Below are positions 1-12,361 of a stretch of DNA of 64,000 bases, piece by piece. The notes beneath the pieces are model-generated. The model was not told where the DNA came from. It saw nothing but the letters and a program-made list of their open reading frames with translations, and made no database searches. Every line of letters starts with the position of its first letter. Positions within the stretch are counted from its first letter, which is position 1. This DNA comes from Hormiphora californensis (lineage: Eukaryota; Animalia; Ctenophora): positions 10,457,410-10,521,409 of the forward strand of contig CM035350.1 of the NCBI GenBank assembly GCA_020137815.1. Reading direction: 5' to 3'. A program made the translations under genes and the position numbers.

Positions 1-2624
1 GTTAGAGAGGGGATGAGAATCTCATTCTCTACTAGAGAGTTAGAGAGGGGATGAGAATCTCATTCTCTACTAGAGAGTTAGAGAGGGGATGAGAATCTCA
101 TTCTCTACTAGAGAGTTAGAGAGGGGATGAGAATCTCATTCTCTACTAGAGAGTTAGAGAGGGGATGAGAATCTCATTCTCTACTAGAGAGTTAGAGAGG
201 GGATGAGAATCTCATTCTCTACTAGAGAGTTAGAGAGGGGATGAGAATCTCATTCTCTACTAGAGAGTTAGAGAGGGGATGAGAATCTCATTCTCTACTA
301 GAGAGTTAGAGAGGGGATGAGAATCTCATTCTCTACTAGAGAGTTAGAGAGGGGATGAGAATCTCATTCTCTACTAGAGAGTTAGAGAGGGGATGAGAAT
401 CTCATTCTCTACTAGAGAGTTAGAGAGGGGATGAGAATCTCATTCTCTACTAGAGAGTTAGAGAGGGGATGAGAATCTCATTCTCTACTAGAGAGTTAGA
501 GAGGGGATGAGAATCTCATTCTCTACTAGAGAGTTAGAGAGGGGATGAGAATCTCATTCTCTACTAGAGAGTTAGAGAGGGGATGAGAATCTCATTCTCT
601 ACTAGAGAGTTAGAGAGGGGATGAGAATCTCATTCTCTACTAGAGAGTTAGAGAGGGGATGAGAATCTCATTCTCTACTAGAGAGTTAGAGAGGGGATGA
701 GAATCTCATTCTCTACTAGAGAGTTAGAGAGGGGATGAGAATCTCATTCTCTACTAGAGAGTTAGAGAGGGGATGAGAATCTCATTCTCTACTAGAGAGT
801 TAGAGAGGGGATGAGAATCTCATTCTCTACTAGAGAGTTAGAGAGGGGATGAGAATCTCATTCTCTACTAGAGAGTTAGAGAGGGGATGAGAATCTCATT
901 CTCTACTAGAGAGTTAGAGAGGGGATGAGAATCTCATTCTCTACTAGAGAGTTAGAGAGGGGATGAGAATCTCATTCTCTACTAGAGAGTTAGAGAGGGG
1001 ATGAGAATCTCATTCTCTACTAGAGAGTTAGAGAGGGGATGAGAATCTCATTCTCTACTAGAGAGTTAGAGAGGGGATGAGAATCTCATTCTCTACTAGA
1101 GAGTTAGAGAGGGGATGAGAATCTCATTCTCTACTAGAGAGTTAGAGAGGGGAGAGAACAGATGAAGGAGAGTTAGAGAGGGGAGAGAACTATTCCTACT
1201 AGAGAGTTAGAGGGAGAAATCTATTCACTAGAGGTTAGGAGAGGGGATGAGAATCATTCTTACTAGAAGAGAAGGGGATGAGAATATCATCTACTAGAGA
1301 GTAGAGAGGGGAATAGAATCCATTAAGAGAGTAGGAGGGGATGAATAATCTCCAGAAGTAGAGGGATGAAACTCAGTAAGAGTTAGAAGAGGATGAAACT
1401 CATTCTCTACAGAGAGTTAGAGAGGGGATGGAAGTCTAATAGAGAGGTTAGAAGAGGGAGAAAATAAGAGGTTAAGAGGGGAGGAAAAAATGAAGGGGAC
1501 AAAAGGGAAAGGGGAGAAAAAAAGAGTTAGAGAGGGGTGAGAATCTCTTCTCCTAAAGTTGAGGGGATGGAAATTTTTTAAGAGATTTAAAAGGGGGAGA
1601 AACTTTCTTAAAGAGTTAGGGGGGTAATAAACTTCTCTCTACTAGAGATTAAAAAGGGATGAGTTCTTCTCCCATAGAGAGTTGAGAGGGGTGGAATCCA
1701 TTTCCCAAAAAGGGGGGGGAAAAAACCCATTTTAAAGAGAGTTTAAGAGAGGGGATAAGATCTCATTCTCTACTAGAGAGTTAGAGAGGGGAATGAGAAT
1801 CATCATTCTCTACTAGAGAGTTAGAGAGGGGATGAGAATCTTTCCCTACTAAGAGTTAGAGAGGGGATGAGAATCTCATTCTCTACTAGAGAGTTAGAGA
1901 GAGGGGATGAGAATCTCATTCTCTATAGAGAGTTGAGAGAGGGGGGATGGAAGGGGGAAATCTCATTCTCTACTAGAGAGTTAGAGAGGGGATGAGAAGG
2001 TCTCATTCTTACTAGAGAGTTAGAGAGAGGGGATGAGAATCTCTTCTCTACTAGAGAGTTAGAGAGGGGATGAGAATCTCATTCTCTACTAGAGAGTTTA
2101 GAGCAGGGGAGAGAATCTCATTCTTACTAGGAGAGTTAGAGAGGGGATGAGAACTCATTCTCTACTATAGAGTTAGAGAGGGGATGAGAATCATCTTCTC
2201 TACTAAGAGTTAGAGAGGGGTGAGAATCTCATTCTCTACTAGAGAGTCTAGAGAGGGGATGAGATCTCATTCTCTAACTAGAGGAGTTAGAGAGGGGATG
2301 AGAATCTCATTCCTACTAGAAGAGTTGAGAGGGGATGAGAATCTCATTCTCTACTAGAGAGTTAGAGAGGGGATGAGAATCTCATTCTCTACTAGAGAGT
2401 TAGAGAGAGGGGATGAGAATCTCATTCTCTACTAGAGAGTTAGAGAGGGGAATGAGGAATCTCATTTCACAGAGAAGTAGAGAGGGTATGAGAATCTCGT
2501 ATCGCTACTGAGAGTTAGAGGAGGGGGAGAGAATCTCATTCTCTACTAGAGAGTTAGAGAGGGATGAGAATCTCATTCTCTACTAGAGAGTTAGAGTGGA
2601 CTTGAAATCTATTCTCTACTAGAG
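1..2624. repeat. 38-bp tandem satellite (left block)
   Basis: Unit GTTAGAGAGGGGATGAGAATCTCATTCTCTACTAGAGA, perfect over 1-~1150, then indel-degraded to ~2620. Confidence 0.97.
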
Positions 2625-3441
2625 TGAGACAGAATTGATTATATATCTCTTGATTTCGTGCTTACAAACACTCACTAATTGTAGGACCATTAGTATATTC
2701 TATGTATCGGATATGCACATTATTCATCTGGTTCTGTTGCAGTTGGTGGAGGAGATTAGGAGAGAATGAGTTAGACTCGTTAGGCCTTACAACACGTGAG
2801 GCCTTGGGTGCTAGAAACATTAATTTATTTTAGTCTTTATCTCGTTATCGGTAACTCGCTTTCACGCTTTGACGCATGGTGTGTCTTGTGAGAGAGAACG
2901 TGAGACACACTGGCTTGCGAGTCTCAGATTCTCGGGAATGAAGTGAGAATTAGGTCCGTTCTCCTGGACGGAGATTAAGAGGAGAACTAGCTTCTTCGGG
3001 GTCGAAGTGCGAGTTCTTGGGCTGATTATATCGGAGGTCTTTATTTAATCTTTGATGATACACAATTTATAATAGTATATTTCACATTTGATAGTTCACA
3101 TTTGGTTAAATGCTGTTGTTTACTAGTTGCATCTAAGCTCGGTGTTGCCTTGCTACAAAAGGGAACATCGTGCTGCAACACAAGTGTCATGGATCTGGAT
3201 CACCGTCAAACCTAAGGACCCTAATTTCATCCTGTCCGGGCTAGGACAGATTGGGCATTGGGACACGCATGGAGGGGTGGTGCCCGTAGAGACGTCGCAC
3301 GTGGGCTGCAATGGCAGCCCACACTGAGTGTTTTTACAGTCCCGCTCAGGCCACGTAAGGGAAGTTTAGGGGATGGAACTTCATCCCCTAGCTAGACAGG
3401 CTCGCACTAGCAATAGCAAAAGACACTTTTCCTTCTCTACA
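2625..3441 (+). repeat. 5' LTR (left end error-rich)
   Basis: Colinear with 8194-9015 and ends CCTTCTCTACA; differences are mostly small indels. Confidence 0.85.
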
Positions 3442-3444
3442 AAA

Positions 3445-3461
3445 TGGTCCGACGAACCAGA
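3445..3461 (+). promoter_or_regulatory. Primer-binding site, probably tRNA-Tyr
   Basis: TGGTCCGACGAACCAGA begins 3 nt after the LTR. TGG-T-CC is complementary to a tRNA 3' end with G72/A73-CCA, as in eukaryotic tRNA-Tyr. Confidence 0.6.
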
Positions 3462-5059
3462 TAATTAACTAGTCAATTAAAATTTTATGACCAGATCCTT
3501 GTATACAGCATATTTTTGTGTAACATTAGGCCGAAGTTGAAAGCTTGAAGTGCTTTTAGTTTTATTGACTGCCTTATTTTACTGCCTGATTGTAATACAT
3601 TTGTTGGCATGGTTTTTAGAAGTTTTCTACTGCCAGGTTTGTGCAGTTCAAAACTCGTTACTATGTTTGAACCCCATTTGCTCCCATTTGCTTGAAGGTC
3701 TAGGTAAAGGTTAGGGAAAACCAGCCAGTTTTTCAGGAGACGGCGAACGGAGCAATATTGAGGTACTGCCTGTATGTGGTGATGATTTCCATTCGAGATA
3801 GTTTGGGCTACTGCAGCGTGGTTTTTCTTTTCCCACCCTGATAGTGTTCGTGCTGGAGTTATATGATAATCGATAGCCATGTGGTGTTGGAGTCTGGACT
3901 TGGCTACATGATAGTGGGGTTTTGGTCTAATTCTCGCCCGTTACCCATTTCTGGATCATACTGGTGAGATGCTCTCCAATGGTAAGTTACAGGGTGCAGT
4001 CAATCAAAATCAATCTAGTTAAGGTTTCAAAAAGGTGATACCAACTAGAGGTTCTCGATTTATTGATTTCGACAGGTTTGCCCCTTATGTAAAAACCCCC
4101 CTAAATTGTAACAGGTTTAAAATATTGTGTGTAACAGGTTGCATAGAGGTGAAGGATTCGCTATAAGATTAGCTGATTACTAGAGCAGGTCTTTTGGTGG
4201 GTTGATTTGGAGAATCAAGTGCCCTGGTTAGGTTGCACTCAAGTCTCAATATAATATTTATAATGGACCTGCTTGGTTAATAGATCCCTCTGCATACACC
4301 ACTAGTATACACGCTAGTATCGATTGCTTTTAATAGGTTTGAATAATGGCCTGTCTATTCTCAAGGAAGGTGGTAGCTATGAGGTAAGGCTCGGTCATTC
4401 TTTCGGTGTGAGTAATGGGTAAACAGCGCCATTTATTTGGTCTCCAACACTTTCACGTATTTCTTTAAGCGGTCATTGGCCTCCATCTAAACATTTATGA
4501 TATTTGTTAACAGGCCAGGACAAGGAGCATTAAATAGGAGACTTATACGCCCAAAATATATTAAGCCAGAAGGTCGGACTGGCTAGGTCTAGAGCGTATA
4601 AATAATTTCTATTGCTCCCGAATGAGTCTCTATACATTTTATGATCCAATTGGTCTGACTATTTAGTTGCAGTTCGGGGCTAACTTCAGGTTCCGGAGGT
4701 TTGAACCTACGGGAGGTAGGATAGGGTTTCCTCGCCTCCTAACTAGCCCAATTACTACGATTATTGTAGCCGGCTGTTTTTTTTTTGCGAGCCCACTGCA
4801 CGTAATACTAGAGTGCTCCCAGGAAGGTTTGGTGAGCTCCAGGTAGTCAGATCATTCATAAATGCAAAAGAGCTAATGAGCTCTGCCCTCTTAGCTCTTC
4901 GAAGAGTATTTTGAAAAGGCTCGATCGCTTAGGCTGTGCCAGGGGGTTCTAGCATGTGTATGCATTGATTTCCTGTGAATTGGATCCCATTTAAAAATAT
5001 AGGTAGGCATATTATAAGGAACAATTCATCTACAATGAGCTCTTAGATGAGTTCATTGT

Positions 5060-5680
5060 TTTTCAGGTTTGAGAACCCCGGCATTGTTTTTCAGGTTTGA
5101 GAACCCCGGCAGTGTTCCCCTATTTAGGTTTGAGAACCCCGGCAGTGTTCTTCAGGTTTTAGAACCCCGGCAGTATTCCCCTATTCAGGTTTTATAGTCC
5201 CGGCAGTGTTCCCCTATTTAGGTTTGAGAACCCCGGCAGTGTTTTTCAGGTTTGAGAACCCCGGCAGTGTTCCCCTATTTAGGTTTGAGAACCCCAGCAG
5301 TGTTCTTCAGGTTTTAGAACCCCGGCAGTATTCCCCTATTCAGGTTTTATAGTCCCGGCAGTGTTCCCCTATTTAGGTTTGAGAACCCCGGCAGTGTTTT
5401 CAGGTTTGAGAACCCCGGCAGTGTTCCCCTATTTAGGTTTGAGAACCCCAGCAGTGTTCTTCAGGTTTTAGAACCCCGGCAGTATTCCCCTATTCAGGTT
5501 TTATAGTCCCGGCAGTGTTCCCCTATTTAGGTTTGAGAACCCCGGCAGTGTTTTTCAGGTTTGAGACCCCCGGCAGTGTTCCCCTATTTAGGTTTGAGAA
5601 CCCCGGCAGTGTTTTTCAGGTTTGAGAACCCCGGCAGTGTTCCCCTATTCAGGTTTTAGGAGCCCGGCAGTGTTCCTTTA
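5060..5680. repeat. Minisatellite inside the LTR element with ~155-bp higher-order period
   Basis: ~29-35-bp subunits AGGTTTGAGAACCCCGGCAGTGTT(CCCCTATT); the variant TATAGTCCC recurs at ~5193, 5348 and 5502. Confidence 0.9.
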
Positions 5681-8193
5681 ATCAAATCATAATGATTGTA
5701 TACATATCAGGTCTAGTTTTACGTAGCTAGGTCTAAATGCAAGCAAGTTCATAATCTGATCACGTGCGTTGAACTATGTCACATGTCAGTTGGAGGGTGG
5801 CTGCAGAGTAGGCATAGTTTATTTATCATTACATAGCTCATGAATCTGTTCCGTATTCCCTACTACGTAGTAGCAGGTCATAGAGCATAGTAACAGATGG
5901 TACTGACATTAAAAATTCTTCTGAAATTGGTTAACCAATGTGAGGCCTTGCACTGTAGGGGTAGTTGGATTTTTGCGGTCTGGTTTGTGAGTTTTGTACC
6001 TCTCATTTCCCGGACGTACAAACGCAAAGATCTTAACAACTACATGTCGAGTCTTTAGCTGTCTGACCCCGTTGATTGGGGTATGGCCCCTCTAGACAGG
6101 TCTGTACTAGACTCTTACGTACCATCTGCAAAACATGCACTGCATGTATAACTTATTGGATATTATATATACACAATCGGAGTACAGAGCCGGTCGTACT
6201 CGCATGAATTTTGCGGTCAAAAGGTCGGCGGGGGGGGGGGGGGGGGGCATGGGATGGTCCAAGGTACCCACGTTAAATAAATGGACGGAAACGGAGGTGG
6301 GGGGGGGGCATGGGATGGTCCAAGGTACCCACGTTAAATAAATGGACGGAAACGGAGGGGGGGGCAGGGATTGTCCGAGGTACCCATGGTAAACAAACGG
6401 ACAGAAACGGATATCTGGAGGCCGGATAAGGTATTTTATAAACGCACGTGCTCCTACATGGAGGATATTTTTAGACCTACTTGCTTGTATTTTAGACAAT
6501 ATATCTTAGACGCCAGGTTATTTCTAGAGGATTATTCTAGAGGTTATAAAGTTTGTTGATTAGGAGGTATCAACTAGAGAGGAGGTTGTTTATGTGAAGG
6601 TTATCATGGAAGGTTACTTCGGTGGTTGTTAACAAGGCGGTCGTTAACAAGGCAGTTTCTCCGTTAGAAGCAATGTCGAAAGACAATGCCGATCAGGGCA
6701 ATTAATAGGAGGTGGTTATCAATTGAATGTTATTAGTTAGAATTCATTAATTGGAGGTAACTATCCGATGGTAACTACTTTAACTTATGAAATGCTAATT
6801 AAAGGTATTAAGTTTAGTTGCTAATTGGAGATTATTATTGAAGGTTCCAATTAAAAGGTTTATTTTTTGGGGAGGGGTGGGTAGCAGGTGCTCGCTGCTC
6901 ACTGACAACCCTTCATAATGACATAACAAGGTATAGTAGAACCTTGGATAATTTTTGGTGACACTTTCTGCCCTCGAGATTGAATTAGTGTATAGTTCCA
7001 CTATAAGGTACCACCGCCCATATCAAAAAGGTATTGTCATACATAGCCATGAGGTGCAGTATTTAGGCCCTTTGCACAGGTCTATCCATCGGTATAGTTA
7101 GTACAACTACAACTGGAAGAGGAATTAACGGAACGTTAATCAAGACGTGCGTGAGTGTGACTTACTGTGTGGGTGTGATAGTGTATTGAATGTTGGTGAC
7201 GCTTTAGTTTGAGCGTTGCTATGTTCTAACCCTCCCTTTACATTTCGGGGCGCCCGAAACACAGTCTAACCAGGCAATTTGACTGAGGAATTGTTTTTGG
7301 GATGAAATTTATGTTTTTTAAATATATTTAGGACGGTTTATGTATTTTAGAAATATTTGAAGCGGTCTAATTGTAAAGCGTATTAGAATATTATCGTGTA
7401 TTAGATCGGGAATGATTGCGTGCTAGGGACTACCTCCCTTTAATAAGGTTATGAGGTATCACGACTACATCAGCTTCACCACTATTCCTGGATACTGGAG
7501 GCGTGAATCTTCAGAACACTCGATCATCACATTGCAACTTTGCGGTTAAGCAAAGAACTGGCTACATCTTTTGATTAAACGGACCCTATAATTATGTGTC
7601 GGGATAATACACAAATGGTCCAGAATAAGACCGGGAATTCTCTCAGGGTTATCAAAACTCTGATCAACCGTTCCCTTTATTTGCTTTACTTTGGATCTAC
7701 TGAGGATCTGGATAGTGCTAACCAATTGCTTCTATTTTTGGATAACGCAAGTTTGAAGGTGGCAGTCATCAAGGAAGTGGAATGAACTGCTACTGAAGCA
7801 GATTAGAGAATTATACTGTTCCAGTTATGAGGATTACAAAAGGTCCCCACTACAGGAAGGACACATTTCTACGATTTATTATACAGCCGGTGCACTCAGA
7901 GGTGGAGGTTACCACTAGATGATCGTGTTCAGCTGATAACCCTCCAATGGATAACAGTCCCTTATGGACTGGTGGATGCTTGATCCCATATGGATCACAA
8001 AACGTCAAAACGATAACTGAATGGCAGAGCCCTGGTAATCCTTTAACGAGTCGTGTCAGCTAAATGCCCTTTTAATAAAGACATTTTGTGTTTGGTATTT
8101 TAATGATAAAATGTTGATATGTTTCAAGGGTCTGAGACAGAGAGTTTTTGCTGATAGTGTCAGCATACGTTTTATTGTCAGGAGGGGTGGAAA

Positions 8194-9015
8194 TGTAGGA
8201 CACGAAATTGATTATATATCTTGATTTCGTGGCTCTACAAACACTCACTAATTGTAGGACCCAATTAGTATATTCTATGTATCGGATATGCACATTATTT
8301 CATCTGTTCTGTTGCAGTTGGTGGAGGAGATTAGGAGAGAATGAGTTAGACTCGTTAGGCCTTACAACACGTGAGGCCTTGGGCTAGAAACAGTAATTAT
8401 TTTAGTCTTATCTCGTTATCGGTAACTCGCTTTCACGGGGCTTTGACGCATGGTGTGTCTTGTGAGAGAGAACGTGAGACAACAGCTGGCTTGCGAGTCT
8501 CAGAGTTCTCGGGAATGAAGTGAGAATTAGGTCCGTTCTCCTGGACGGAGATTAAGAGAGAACTAGCTTCTTCAGGTGCGAAGTGCGAGTTCTTGGGCTG
8601 ATTATATCGGAGGTCTTTATTTAATCCTTTGATGATACACAATTTATAATGTATATTTCACATTTGATAGTTCACATTTGGTTAAATGCTGTTGTTACTA
8701 GTTGCATCTAAGCTCGGTGTTGCCTTGCTACAAAAGGGAACATCGTGCTGCAACACAAGTGTCATGGATCTGGATCAACCGTCAAAACCTAAGGAACCTT
8801 AATTTCATCCTGTCCGGGCTAGGACAGATGTGGGCATTGGGACACGCAGGAGTGGTCCCGTAGAGACGTCGCACGTGGGCTGCAATGGCAGCCCACACTG
8901 AGTGTTTTACAGTCCCGCTCAGGCCACGTAAAGGGAAGTTTAGGGGATGGAACTTCATCCCCTAGCTAGACAGGCTCGCACTAGCAATAGCAAAAGACAC
9001 TTTTCCTTCTCTACA
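8194..9015 (+). repeat. 3' LTR (822 bp)
   Basis: TGTAGGACAC...CTCTACA, preceded by the PPT AGGAGGGGTGGAAA. Confidence 0.9.
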
Positions 9016-9988
9016 GAGGGGATGAGAATCTCATTCTCTACTAGAGAGTTAGAGAGGGGATGAGAATCTCATTCTCTACTAGAGAGTTAGAGAGGGGATG
9101 AGAATCTCATTCTCTACTAGAGAGTTAGAGAGGGGATGAGAATCTCATTCTCTACTAGAGAGTTAGAGAGAGGATGAGAATCTCATTCTCTACTAGAGAG
9201 TTAGAGAGGGGATGAGAATCTCATTCTCTACTAGAGAGTTAGAGAGGGGATGAGAATCTCATTCTCTACTAGAGAGTTAGAGAGGGGATGAGAATCTCAT
9301 TCTCTACTAGAGAGTTAGAGAGGGGATGAGAATCTCATTCTCTACTAGAGAGTTAGAGAGGGGATGAGAATCTCATTCTCTACTAGAGAGTTAGAGAGGG
9401 GATGAGAATCTCATTCTCTACTAGAGAGTTAGAGAGGGGATGAGAATCTCATTCTCTACTAGAGAGTTAGAGAGGGGATGAGAATCTCATTCTCTACTAG
9501 AGAGTTAGAGAGGGGATGAGAATCTCATTCTCTACTAGAGAGTTAGAGAGGGGATGAGAATCTCATTCTCTACTAGAGAGTTAGAGAGGGGATGAGAATC
9601 TCATTCTCTACTAGAGAGTTAGAGAGGGGATGGGAATCTCATTCTCTACTAGAGAGTTAGAGAGGGGATGAGAATCTCATTCTCTACTAGAGAGTTAGAG
9701 AGGGGATGAGAATCTCATTCTCTACTAGAGAGTTAGAGAGGGGATGAGAATCTCATTCTCTACTAGAGAGTTAGAGAGGGGATGAGAATCTCATTCTCTA
9801 CTAGAGAGTTAGAGAGGGGATGAGAATCTCATCATGAGATGGTGACACAGAGAGTTAGAGAGGGGATGAGAATCTCATCATGAGATGGTGACACAGAGAG
9901 TTAGAGAGGGGATGAGAATCTCATCATGAGATGGTGACACAGAGAGTTAGAGAAGGGATGAGAATCTCATCATGAGATGGTGACACAG
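9016..9988. repeat. 38-bp satellite (right block) ending in three to four 46-bp variant units
   Basis: Same unit as 1-1150; the terminal units carry CATGAGATGGTGACACA. Confidence 0.97.
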
Positions 9989-10162
9989 CACAATACTAGG
10001 ATATAAACAGGTAAAATTAATTATGTATTACATTATCCAATAACTATAACCAATGATAACCAACGATAACCAATACCAAAAAGAACTGTTCACACCAGTA
10101 ACTCAAGTAGTACACCTACAGTTAGGGTTCACACACACTTGCAGTGCCTACTAGGGTGATCC

Positions 10163-11052
10163 CACAGTGGGTAATTTTCCTGTGTGACCCTACAAAATGA
10201 AATATATGCCGTAGAAATCATATTTTTGGGCCAAAGTGACCTCTCCTAGACTAAAACCGTGCCTAGAAAGCGATTTAGACACTTTTCAGAGTGCTTAGAT
10301 GCCACCTTTTTGAAATATTTGAAGAAAATTAATTAGCTAATTAATAACTTGATTAAGTAAAAACGTAACTTGGCTCAGGAACCACTTAGAGATCCAATTT
10401 TTGATGCAAATTGTCCGGAATGTGCATGTTTATATAGGACTTATGAAGCAACATATGGCCTAAATCAAACCGTTTTTGAGTTATATGCCATTTTAGATCA
10501 GGCATTTTACACATAAAAGCCGAAAAAGCGAAAAAATCGCTTAAATTTCGCACTTTAAATGGCTATAAAATTCAAACAGGGGAAAAGTGGGGAATTCCCG
10601 CGACACTACAATGTTCCAAATTGTCCATAGAGTCAGAATATCACAATGAAAGGGGTGGCGTCGAGCGGCGAAGTAACTTTTTTTGGTCATTCATATCCTA
10701 AAAATAGCCTAAATTTGACACGCGCAACCGAGAAAAAATAGTTAGAGTAAGACATATTGAACCCTAATCACTGAAAAGAACACAAAACAACCATCACGAT
10801 ACAAAAGAAATGAAAGAAAAAGAATGAAAGGTATTGCAGTAGTGTGCACATGGATCTAAGCGAATTTCACAGCCAAAATGAAAACCCACAATTTCCCTCA
10901 ACTTCAAACTAACATAAAATCTGTAAATCTCAATATTTTTCGATGCGGTTTGTTTTACGTGAAACCTTGATTATTTTTACAATCGATATCCAAATTTCAG
11001 CAAATTTAAAGACAACTTTTTTTCCCACTTTGTAGGGTCGTTACCCACTGTG
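10163..11052. mobile_element. Non-autonomous Transib/RAG-like DNA transposon (890 bp)
   Basis: Termini CACAGTGGGTAA...TTACCCACTGTG, 5-bp TSD GATCC (10158-62 and 11053-57), no ORF. Confidence 0.88.
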
Positions 11053-11105
11053 GATCCATAATGATTGACAGTTAGGGTCACACACCGTCCCTAGCTCTAA
11101 TCCTG

Positions 11106-11594
11106 TTAGGTTTTGTTCTGAAAGAATTCTCTGACCTTCCTCGCCGCCTCGCTCTCTTCATTACACGGCTTCTTCGCCGCCTCCTCAGGCCCACCACTCA
11201 CTACAACCTCATTACCACCACCACTCACTACAACCTCATCACCACCACCACTGGGACTAACAACTATCTCCTCTTCTATAATCTGAGCGTCATTAGAGGT
11301 ATCAGACTGCCGACTATAGCAGTCTTTAGAGTGTCGGGGCCAGTGTGTTGCCTGACAGTTTGCAGAACAGTATCTGATCTTAAAACACCCTCCACATTTG
11401 AACACAGCAGCACCACTACACATTAGACATGACTGTCGTTTTCTCTTAGGGGCCGGGAGGGATGCTCGAGGGGGTGGGACACGAAGTGCAATGTCTTTCA
11501 TCGTCTGTACATCAGTCTTTAGAACTGACACAGCGTTACCCAGGTATGAAATAGTACTCTCTAACACTGTTATACTAGTTGATATAGAGTCCAA
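11106..11594 (-). CDS. MYND-type zinc-finger protein with upstream coiled coil; 5' end uncertain or frameshifted
   Basis: CLMC-x7-CGGC-x5-C-x3-C-x7-H-x3-C with the YCS..CQ..HW signature. The frame is open to ~11663; the candidate ATG at 11727 is in another frame. Confidence 0.7.
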   Translation of the reverse strand: MDSISTSITVLESTISYLGNAVSVLKTDVQTMKDIALRVPPPRASLPAPKRKRQSCLMCSGAAVFKCGGCFKIRYCSANCQATHWPRHSKDCYSRQSDTSNDAQIIEEEIVVSPSGGGDEVVVSGGGNEVVVSGGPEEAAKKPCNEESEAARKVREFFQNKT

Positions 11595-12361
11595 GTTATC
11601 GATAAATTCCCTCCGACAGTTCAGGAGGAAATAGATGTTGGGTTCACTGTCGTCACTTCTTGGAGGTCGATTCTATCCGCCGAGGACGAGTACATCCTGT
11701 TCCGCTGTTGTAGGGGCATGGGGACATGGCTACAAACTATACAACTAAACGTACATTACTGGCATTAAATAGTATACAAAAGAATCATCCGATTAGAGGG
11801 AATTATGATGTTCAAAACACTACCCCCCAATGGCCAGTACTCTAAAAGATGTTGGTATTTACTATTCGATAATATTTAATGGCTTATGGGATATGGCTGC
11901 TACAAAGGGTATCATATAATCTAGCACTTAGTAGAGCAGGGAAATTGAAAGTTGAAACCCCAATTCAGCGTAGGTTAACCTTCTCACAGTCGGTACCAGA
12001 TTTTAATGAAATTTTCATTATTTTGCCAGCAATTTCGGCTATTATCAGCTTGATAGGGGATACAGTGACCAGCACAGGACGCCGCTACGATCTGGGTGTT
12101 TCGTGGCCTGTTTACAGGTGCTCGCCTCCCAAAAAAAGTTGATTCACTAAAATGGCTCTAACCGCCAAACCACTAAACCGTTTTGGCTAATTCAAAGCTT
12201 ATCTGTTATGATATGTTAAGGCCTAACCCCAACCCAAACCACAGCCCTAACCCTAACCCTACTTTAGCCCTAACCCTAAAAAACCGTTTGTCAGCACTAA
12301 CGAAACACCCAGACTTTTAACGCTGGCCGGCCAGCACGGGATAAGGCAGCGCTTTCAAGTA

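Larger units (their letters stand above)
2625..9015 (+). mobile_element. Non-autonomous LTR retroelement (LARD-like) inserted in the 38-bp satellite
   Basis: Direct repeats ~2625-3441 and 8194-9015 (TGTAG...CTACA termini in the right copy). TGG-starting PBS at 3445, purine tract 8180-8193 before the right LTR. No gag/pol ORF in the 4.75-kb interior. Confidence 0.85.

Noticed and set aside
1-2624. CRISPR-like array (also 26248-28592)
   Set aside because: Head-to-tail repeats with no unique spacers, no cas genes, eukaryotic context.
1150-3441. Satellite divergence gradient and LTR-LTR divergence as an age estimate
   Set aside because: Differences are mostly random indels typical of a low-quality consensus; the left TSD is also unreadable.
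3485-3880. 131-aa ORF inside the LTR element
   Set aside because: Antisense, with no recognisable gag or other motif.
12222-12280. Telomeric repeats (also 63475-63523)
   Set aside because: Short, degenerate and embedded in interspersed elements; not a chromosome end.
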